Positions 34,960 to 40,530 of a stretch of 40,530 nucleotides of DNA are shown here, one piece after another. The position numbers were made by a program, and so were the translations under genes. A model generated the notes under the pieces. That model did no database searches. It was not told the origin of the DNA and saw nothing but the letters and a program-made list of their open reading frames with translations. Each line of letters starts with the position of its first letter. Within the stretch, counting starts at the first letter, position 1. The DNA comes from an uncultured Planctomycetales bacterium (GTDB lineage: Bacteria; Omnitrophota; Gorgyraeia; Zapsychrales; Zapsychraceae): the NCBI GenBank assembly GCA_964541845.1, contig CAZIRV010000002.1:1-40530 (forward strand), given 5' to 3'.

Positions 34960-37755
34960 ATGATTCCACTAGAAAATAAAATCATGACAACCAGTTTTTG
35001 TGACAGCTTTATGGGTAAGCTGACAGATTACATTGAGGAGAATTATCTTAAAAAGGGTAAGGGGCTTGAGCGGTTGGCGATTGTGTTTGGGGGGCGTCGC
35101 CCATCGTTATTTTTGAAAAGGGAGTTGGCGAGGCGTATTAAAAAAAGTTTTTATCCTCCGGTATTTTTTACGATTGATGAGTTCATTCGATTCATTATTC
35201 ATAAACAGGAGCATTTTCAGGAGGCGACAGATTTAAATAATTGTTTTTTATTGTATCAACTTGCTAAGAAAGTGACTCCGGAAATTTTAAAAGGCCGTGA
35301 AACATTCGCGCAATTTTTGCCCTGGACACGCGAGATCCTTTCCTTTATTGATCAGTTGGATTTAGAAAAAATAGAGGATAAGAGGCTGCTTAATATTCAA
35401 TCCAACGCGCAGATCGGTTATGCGGTTCCAGAGGACATTAATGTGTTATTGGCACACATTGTGGCGTTGCGTAAGGCCTATCATCAGGAATTGAAGAAGA
35501 ATCAAGATTATTCCCGGGGGCTGCAGTATTTAAGGGCTTCGGAGATTGTTCATGAAATCAGCTTTGATGAATTTGATGAAATTATTTTTGGCAACTTTTT
35601 TTATTTCAATCACGCAGAAGAAGCCGTTGTCAGGAATTTGTATGATCGCGGCAAGGCAACGTTTATTTTTCAGGGGGATCAACGGAAATGGCCGGTGTTA
35701 AAACGTATGGCGCGTAGACTTTCTTGCGCGATTAAAGAAGGAAAAGAGCTGGAGGTTCCCCCATTTACTTTACATCAGCATGTTGGTTTTGACGCGCATT
35801 CACAGGTAGGGTTGGTGCGTAAAATATTAAGTGATATTGAGAATAAAAATAATACCGTTATTGTTCTGCCTAATCCGGATAATATTATTCCCCTCCTCTC
35901 AGAAATCAGCGCGGAGATAAAAGATTTCAACATTTCCATGGGTTATCCCCTAAAGCGAAGCAGCCTGTATTCAGTGTTCACATTTATTTTTCAGGCGCAG
36001 TTATCACGAAAAGGAGAGCGTTATTACGCCAAAGATTATCTTAAGGTTTTGCGCCATCCTTTTATCAAGAATTTACAATTATCAGAAAATAGGGCGGCCA
36101 CACGTATTCTCACGCATAAAATTGAAGAGGTTTTAACGGGAAAGGAAAAAACAACAATGTCGGGGAGTTTATTTTTCGGGTTAAAGGATATGGAAGCATT
36201 AGACGACATTTACGCGTTAACATTAGAGATGTTAGAACGTCTGCGTATTCAAACAACCCGAAAAGAATTGGAATCTATTCTCATACAGATGCATCAATGT
36301 TTTTTCAGGGCATGGGAAAAGGCGGATAATTTTTGTATTTTTTCTAAAACGTTAGGACAGGTTTTAGATGTATTGGTTTACAAGAGTTTTTTAAAAAATT
36401 ATCCGCTGAATCTTAATATCGCGACAAAAATGGTCGCGATTAAGGATGAATTTCAACAGGCCCATTTTTCTCAGGAAGTGTTTCCACAGGAGGAGTTATT
36501 TCGTATTTTTGACAGTAAGATGGCACGGGAAATGGTGGCTTTTATTGGTTCTCCGTTGAAGGGTCTGCAAATTTTGGGATTGTTTGAAACACGCTCTTTA
36601 AATTTTGAAAATGTTATTGTGCTGGATGTTAATGAAGGCGTTTTGCCAAGGCTCAGTATTTATGAGCCATTGATTCCCCGGGAGGTGATGTTGAGTTTAA
36701 ATCTGGATCGTCTGGAATTGGAAGAAGAAATTCAGCGGTATCAATTCATGCGATTGATTTCCTCGGCAAAAAATGTGCATTTGGTATATCAGGAAAGTAA
36801 GGATAAAGAAAAGAGCCGGTTTGTCGAAGAGCTTATTTGGGAAGAAGAAAAAAAAGAACAAAAAAGTATCCCGTCTCCTCTCAAGGCAAGTTTTGAGGTT
36901 AAGGTTGCACCGCACAAAATTGTGATTCCCAAAACACAGGAAATGATTGCATTTCTTAAGAATCATACGTATTCCGCGTCGAGCATTAATACGTATTTAC
37001 GTAATCCATTAGATTTTTATTACAATTATGTTTTGGGATTAAGAGAGCAGGAAGATATGCTGGGTGAACCGGAGGCGCGTCATGTCGGAACATTTATTCA
37101 TGAATTGTTAGAAGAAGCCTTTAAACTATTTCTTAAAAAAGAACCTGTGATTGATGCGGCTTTTCGCAATCGGTTTGCCAAAATTTTTGAACAGCGATTT
37201 AATGATGTCTTTGGAAGGAGTATGAAATCAGACGCTTTTTTATTAAGGTCTGTTATGGTTGAGAGATTAAACCGTTTTTTAGATAATGAGCAATCAAGTC
37301 CGGATCGTAAAGTAGAACAAATTTTGTATTTAGAAAACCGGTTTCAGGATATTATTCCGTTATCATGTGGTCCTGTTAAATTTGGATATATCGTGGATCG
37401 TGTCGATAAAATGAAGGATGGAACTGTCATGATTGTGGACTACAAAACCGGCGGGGTTGATCAAATGCCCAAGGCGATCGACCGCATTGCACACATGATG
37501 TTGTCGCGAGAGTCTATTTTTGAAAACATTCGTTCTTTCCAGATCCCTTTGTATTTTTATTATTTGAATAAACAGTTCCCCGATGTTCCCATCAACGCGG
37601 CCCTTTACAATCTGCGCACGCTTAAAATAAGTACCTTTTTAGATAAAAAAATGTCCTTTTCAAGAGATCAAATCAACGGAGCTTTTCTCAAGGCATTAGA
37701 TTTTATTCTTACCGAAATTTTAGATCCTAAAGTAGGGTTTGAGGAGGGGGAATAG
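34960..37755 (+). CDS. addB: AddB-like PD-(D/E)XK nuclease subunit (helicase-like scaffold without Walker A)
   Basis: It has a C-terminal RecB-type nuclease motif YIVDRVDKMKDGTVMIVDYKTGG and pairs with addA. The N-terminal position that would hold a P-loop reads FGGRRPS. Confidence 0.8.
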   Translation: MIPLENKIMTTSFCDSFMGKLTDYIEENYLKKGKGLERLAIVFGGRRPSLFLKRELARRIKKSFYPPVFFTIDEFIRFIIHKQEHFQEATDLNNCFLLYQLAKKVTPEILKGRETFAQFLPWTREILSFIDQLDLEKIEDKRLLNIQSNAQIGYAVPEDINVLLAHIVALRKAYHQELKKNQDYSRGLQYLRASEIVHEISFDEFDEIIFGNFFYFNHAEEAVVRNLYDRGKATFIFQGDQRKWPVLKRMARRLSCAIKEGKELEVPPFTLHQHVGFDAHSQVGLVRKILSDIENKNNTVIVLPNPDNIIPLLSEISAEIKDFNISMGYPLKRSSLYSVFTFIFQAQLSRKGERYYAKDYLKVLRHPFIKNLQLSENRAATRILTHKIEEVLTGKEKTTMSGSLFFGLKDMEALDDIYALTLEMLERLRIQTTRKELESILIQMHQCFFRAWEKADNFCIFSKTLGQVLDVLVYKSFLKNYPLNLNIATKMVAIKDEFQQAHFSQEVFPQEELFRIFDSKMAREMVAFIGSPLKGLQILGLFETRSLNFENVIVLDVNEGVLPRLSIYEPLIPREVMLSLNLDRLELEEEIQRYQFMRLISSAKNVHLVYQESKDKEKSRFVEELIWEEEKKEQKSIPSPLKASFEVKVAPHKIVIPKTQEMIAFLKNHTYSASSINTYLRNPLDFYYNYVLGLREQEDMLGEPEARHVGTFIHELLEEAFKLFLKKEPVIDAAFRNRFAKIFEQRFNDVFGRSMKSDAFLLRSVMVERLNRFLDNEQSSPDRKVEQILYLENRFQDIIPLSCGPVKFGYIVDRVDKMKDGTVMIVDYKTGGVDQMPKAIDRIAHMMLSRESIFENIRSFQIPLYFYYLNKQFPDVPINAALYNLRTLKISTFLDKKMSFSRDQINGAFLKALDFILTEILDPKVGFEEGE
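37733..37754 (+). repeat. Direct repeat R2 (3' end of addB)
   Basis: TAGGGTTTGAGGAGGGGGAATA recurs as TAGGGTTTGAGGAGAGGGAATA at 39634-39655. Confidence 0.8.
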
Positions 37756-37780
37756 GAAAGACGAAGACGAGGTGTAGATT

Positions 37781-38035
37781 TTGAGTGCTAATAAGACCCG
37801 AACGATATCTATTTATTGCGCAGGATGCAAGACTCTTTTATATAAATACCATAAGGGTGGACGGGGGGGATTAGTGAAGTGTCTTGTGGATCGCATTGCG
37901 GAAGACCACACTAAAGGTGATTTGAAATGCCAAAAATGTCAGCAAGAATTTGCCCGGAAGCAGATGATAGGAGGGCGACCGGCACACAAAATTATTCAGG
38001 GAAAAATTTACACTAAACATATGTTGAGGAAGTAA
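37781..38035 (+). CDS. Small zinc-ribbon protein, unknown function
   Basis: The product is 84 aa with a TTG start and a GAGGTG SD 7 nt upstream. Two CxxC pairs (CAGC and CQKC) are separated by 33 residues, and the composition is basic. Confidence 0.6.
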   Translation: MSANKTRTISIYCAGCKTLLYKYHKGGRGGLVKCLVDRIAEDHTKGDLKCQKCQQEFARKQMIGGRPAHKIIQGKIYTKHMLRK

Positions 38036-38049
38036 AATATAAAAAATTC

Positions 38050-38063
38050 CAGATACGTATCTG
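38050..38063. promoter_or_regulatory. Perfect 14-bp palindrome CAGATACGTATCTG
   Basis: The palindrome is read directly from the sequence. It lies 14 nt after the zinc-ribbon stop and 29 nt before the lexA -35. It has no loop and no T-tract, so it is more operator-like than terminator-like. Confidence 0.4.
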
Positions 38064-38091
38064 AACTCGAATAGATTTAATAACATAATTC

Positions 38092-38121
38092 TTGACATAC
38101 CATACAAATATATGGTATATA
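38092..38121 (+). promoter_or_regulatory. lexA promoter with embedded palindromic operator candidate
   Basis: The -35 is TTGACA (38092-38097). The palindrome is ATACCATA-caaata-TATGGTAT (38097-38118). The -10 is TATATA (38116-38121). The ATG at 38128 follows 6 nt later with no SD. Confidence 0.55.
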
Positions 38122-38127
38122 AAGATT

Positions 38128-38727
38128 ATGAACAATAAAGGTGATCTCACCGATAAACAGTTTCATCTCCTCAGATTCATCTGCAAATCCATCCGCGAGG
38201 ATAATCTGCCGCCCACCATCCGCGAAATCTCTGATCATTTTAAACTTTCCATCGGGACCGTTCAAGACCACATAAAAGCACTCGTTAAAAAAGGTTTTAT
38301 CTCCGTTACCAAAAACACATCCCGCGGGATCAGTCTGGTTCGTGAGAATCTTTTTAAGGTGCCTGTTTTGGGGCAAGTTCAGGCCGGGATGCCGATTTTT
38401 GCAGTGGAAGATTTAGAAGGATACCTTGATTTCGATGAAGTGATTTTTCCGCAGGAGGGTGTTTTTGCTCTCAGGGTCAAGGGAGACAGCATGATCGGTG
38501 CCGGAATCCTTCCCGATGATTTTATATTGATGAAGAAACAGGAATTTGCTGAAGTAGGGGATATCATTGTCGCGCTGATAGGGGAGGACGTCACCGTCAA
38601 AACTCTTAGAAAGCGCAATGGCAGCTATTTTTTGGATCCCGCCAATGACGCGTATCAGCCCATTCCTGTTGACGGCGAAGTTTCGATTGTCGGAAAAGTA
38701 ACAAAGGTCCTGCGGAATTATAAATGA
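38128..38727 (+). CDS. lexA: LexA repressor (S24 peptidase)
   Basis: It has an N-terminal winged HTH (LTDKQFHLLRFICKSIREDNLPPTIREISDHFKLSIGTVQDHIKALVKKGFI), an Ala-Gly cleavage site in VQAGMP, the catalytic Ser in KGDSM and Lys in VKTLRK. The ORF-track TTG start at 38092 is the -35 hexamer. Confidence 0.9.
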   Translation: MNNKGDLTDKQFHLLRFICKSIREDNLPPTIREISDHFKLSIGTVQDHIKALVKKGFISVTKNTSRGISLVRENLFKVPVLGQVQAGMPIFAVEDLEGYLDFDEVIFPQEGVFALRVKGDSMIGAGILPDDFILMKKQEFAEVGDIIVALIGEDVTVKTLRKRNGSYFLDPANDAYQPIPVDGEVSIVGKVTKVLRNYK

Positions 38728-38761
38728 TAATGAAGAATTTTTAGCCATACATTACTTCAGA

Positions 38762-38781
38762 ATTCTGGGACATCATACTTA
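38762..38781 (+). repeat. Direct repeat R1
   Basis: ATTCTGGGACATCATACTTA recurs as ATTCTGGAGACATCATACTTA at 39612-39632. Confidence 0.8.
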
Positions 38782-38885
38782 TACCAAATTCATTAAATAA
38801 TTGCTCTATTTTAAAATTGCTGTGTCTCGTTGAAGCGTCGAGACAAGCAAAATGGATTTTGGTCATTATTTAATAGAATTGGTAT
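38781..38885 (+). repeat. Family-1 hairpin element (copy Y2)
   Basis: It is near-identical to 12099-12203, differing at 6 of 105 positions. Confidence 0.9.
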
Positions 38886-38972
38886 TAATTCAGAGATAAG
38901 TACTGTGTTCCTAGAATTGGAATTGTGACAATTAAGGGAGATTGAAATGAGAAAAATAACATTTGGTATAAC

Positions 38973-39067
38973 TATAGCGCAGAGCAGAAGTTCTGCAACG
39001 CCGAACATAGGGTTGGCTTGTCGAGAAAAAATGCCTAAATGTCGCAAAGTTTTTGCACTGTGCTATA
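38973..39067 (+). repeat. 95-nt palindromic element, family 2, copy B
   Basis: It matches 2551-2645 with about 12 substitutions and no indel. It contains the ATG at 39031. Confidence 0.85.
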
Positions 39068-39609
39068 TTATTGTATTTTTTTTATGTTCTTCAGCTTTTG
39101 GTCAAGAAGATGGTGTTAATAGGGAGTATTATGATAGTGGTGGTGTGCACTATGAGCGAACGTTTAAGAATGGGCAGAAGGATGGGCAGGCAAGGGAATA
39201 CTATGAAGATGGAACCGTGAAACGAGAAGTCATATATGTGAAAGATAAAAGGCAAGGAGTACTTACAGAGTATCATCCGAATGGAGTGTTAAGAACTACA
39301 ATTGAATATATTGATGATTTTGCTAATGGTGTTGTGGATAGATATGATGAGAAGGGAAGGCTTCGTCATTCAAGCATATATGAAAATGATAAACCTAATA
39401 ATAAAGAGGTCAAACAATTTGATTATTTTGATGGGGGTCAGTTGAAGTATGAATATTATTTTAATGAGGATGAGGGAGGATATTCAAAAACATATTATGA
39501 AAATGGTCAGGTGTCATTGGACATAATTATCGATTGGTTGGGGCTCTACGAGTGTAAAAATTATGATAAAGAAGGTAATTTTATTTCTGACGAATGCCCC
39601 GAAGAGTAG
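39031..39609 (+). CDS. Secreted MORN/YwqK-like repeat protein
   Basis: From ATG 39031 there is a signal peptide (MPKCRKVFALCYIIVFFLCSSAFG/QEDG). Repeated YYxxGxxxxExxYxxGxxxG-type units follow (EYYDSGGVHYERTFKNGQKDGQAREYYEDGTVK...). An alternative upstream start at 38947 has a better SD (AAGGGAG) but would bury the signal peptide. Confidence 0.75.
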   Translation: MPKCRKVFALCYIIVFFLCSSAFGQEDGVNREYYDSGGVHYERTFKNGQKDGQAREYYEDGTVKREVIYVKDKRQGVLTEYHPNGVLRTTIEYIDDFANGVVDRYDEKGRLRHSSIYENDKPNNKEVKQFDYFDGGQLKYEYYFNEDEGGYSKTYYENGQVSLDIIIDWLGLYECKNYDKEGNFISDECPEE

Positions 39610-39611
39610 GG

Positions 39612-39655
39612 ATTCTGGAGACATCATACTTAATAGGGTTTGAGGAGAGGGAATA
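39612..39655 (+). repeat. Composite junction R1'-R2' (copies of 38762-38781 and 37733-37754 placed side by side)
   Basis: The sequence is ATTCTGGAGACATCATACTTA-A-TAGGGTTTGAGGAGAGGGAATA. Both halves have near-identical partners upstream. Confidence 0.8.
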
Positions 39656-39710
39656 AGGGTGGTATACTTAAATTAGAGATAAAAAAGATTGTTTTTATAA
39701 TAGTAGTATT

Positions 39711-39814
39711 GTATCACTTACATTAAGTAATTGTCCCATTTGAAAGTTGCTATTCTCGTAGAATCATCGAGAAAAGCAAAATGGATTTTGGTAATTATTT
39801 AATGTAATTGATAC
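39711..39814 (+). repeat. Family-1 hairpin element (copy Y4, diverged arms)
   Basis: The arms are GTATCACTTACATTAAGTAATT and AATTATTTAATGTAATTGATAC. The inner stem is TTGCTATTCTCG/CGAGAAAAGCAA and the loop is TAGAATCAT. Confidence 0.85.
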
Positions 39815-39849
39815 TGCCTAAGCGATTGTCGTCATTAAGTTAGGGGGGG

Positions 39850-40419
39850 ATGATGGGCAAGACTCAGGGGAAAACTTTTTTAGCCGGTCCGGAAGGTCTC
39901 ATTTTTGTAATGGGATTAGGATTGGCTTTTTTATTTTTAGCGGCTTTAGGATTGAGTGGAACTTTGTTTCCGGGGAAGGCGCATTTGGTTCTTTCTGCCG
40001 TAACTGGAAGGCTTGTCCTTGGGCGTCCGGTGGGGATATATTTTGGATATGCCATTGGCCTTGGGCATAGATTTATTATTCCCATGAATATGTGTATTGA
40101 CGCGATCGCCGTATTTCTTATTTATCCATTATTTGTGTTTAGTTTTCATCACGCATTAAATATTAAATTGCTTAAAAGTTTTATGGACCGTCTTTTTGAA
40201 AAAGCCAAAGCAAAACAAAAGATGATTCAAAAGTATGGCGTGCCGGGTTTATTTATTTTTGTTTTTTTTCCACTGTGGGGAACAGGCCCTCTTGTCGGAA
40301 GTGTCATAGGATTTTTATTGAATTTGCGTGCAGGATTAAATTTAAGCATTGCGTTGGGCGCAACGTTTTTAGCGATCGGGTGTTGGGCATTGGTTTTACC
40401 AAGTTTTAAGATTTATTAA
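39850..40419 (+). CDS. Small polytopic membrane protein (possibly small multidrug-export-like, COG2426-type)
   Basis: It has four to five hydrophobic helices and a glycine-rich motif PLWGTGPLVGSVIGF. The family call is from memory of that motif only. The stop codon lies in the following repeat. Confidence 0.55.
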   Translation: MMGKTQGKTFLAGPEGLIFVMGLGLAFLFLAALGLSGTLFPGKAHLVLSAVTGRLVLGRPVGIYFGYAIGLGHRFIIPMNMCIDAIAVFLIYPLFVFSFHHALNIKLLKSFMDRLFEKAKAKQKMIQKYGVPGLFIFVFFPLWGTGPLVGSVIGFLLNLRAGLNLSIALGATFLAIGCWALVLPSFKIY

Positions 40420-40530
40420 ATGACATCAAATTCATTTAATAAATCTTAAAACAATTTCGGCTTTTCTCGACGTTTTAACGAGAATAGCAGAAGCAAATTA
40501 AGATTTATTAAATGACATCAAATTCATTTA
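40408..40530 (-). repeat. Family-1 hairpin element in reverse orientation, flanked by 31-nt direct repeats that are themselves hairpins (cut by the window end)
   Basis: The core GCTTTTCTCGACGTTTTAACGAGAATAGCAG is the reverse complement of CTGCTATTCTCGTTAAAACGTCGAGAAAAGC. AAGATTTATTAAATGACATCAAATTCATTTA occurs at 40408-40438 and at 40500-40530. A hairpin GATTTATTAAATGA-catcaaat-TCATTTAATAAATC lies at 40410-40445. Confidence 0.8.

Noticed and set aside
31596-37755. The UvrD-helicase plus PD-(D/E)XK pair next to vapBC as a novel anti-phage defence system.
   Set aside because: The domain order, the paired nuclease motifs and the adjacency to lexA fit an ordinary AddAB-type recombination and repair enzyme. 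No additional defence-type genes (ATPase/Toprim, methylase, SIR2/TIR and so on) are present.
38092-38127. TTG-initiated 12-residue extension of LexA.
   Set aside because: The TTG is the first triplet of the TTGACA -35 hexamer. LexA homology starts at MNNKGDLTDKQ.
12013-40530. Self-cleaving ribozyme cores (hammerhead CUGAUGA...GAAA, twister and similar) inside the repeat families.
   Set aside because: I looked for the conserved core strings within the element copies and did not see them. The check was by eye only, so this is not exhaustive.

Overview
This is an AT-rich chromosomal segment from a diderm-type bacterium (Mla, Tat and PpiD-like genes are present). I cannot place the lineage from sequence alone. 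The coding content is mostly ordinary plus-strand housekeeping. It comprises two tRNAs (Leu-CAA, Ala-GGC) and a nifS-birA-bioF-bioH-bioC-bioD/bioA(fused) biotin operon. These are followed by mnmA-pgi, tatA-tatC and hemW. Next is a receiver-mlaE-mlaF-mlaD cluster that is translationally coupled to two hybrid histidine kinases, the first of which lacks the phospho-accepting His. After ppa comes a second receiver followed by an ABC ATPase and a fused ABC-2/GldG-like permease. The rest is a periplasmic alpha carbonic anhydrase, an MCP, a convergent PpiD-like chaperone, vapBC, an addA/addB-like helicase-nuclease pair, a small zinc-ribbon gene, lexA, a secreted MORN/YwqK-like repeat protein and a small membrane protein. 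I found no CRISPR array, rRNA, transposase, integrase or recognisable defence island. The unusual signal is in the intergenic DNA, where several families of long palindromic/hairpin elements occupy nearly every operon boundary. The main family is about 100 nt long, with CATTAAATAA arms and a CTCG-loop-CGAG apex. It has seven copies plus fragments, shows arm-to-arm covariation, donates stop codons and C-terminal residues to flanking genes, and in one copy carries a nested insertion with a 4-bp target duplication. A second 95-nt family sits exactly between the birA stop and the bioF start, and appears to supply the start codon of another gene. Other points are an unlisted 56-aa lysine-rich histone-H1/Hc1-like gene on the minus strand, candidate BirA and LexA operators, apparently leaderless lexA and addA, and nested long direct repeats bracketing the zinc-ribbon/lexA/MORN region. 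All functional calls rest on motif recognition by eye; no searches were run.
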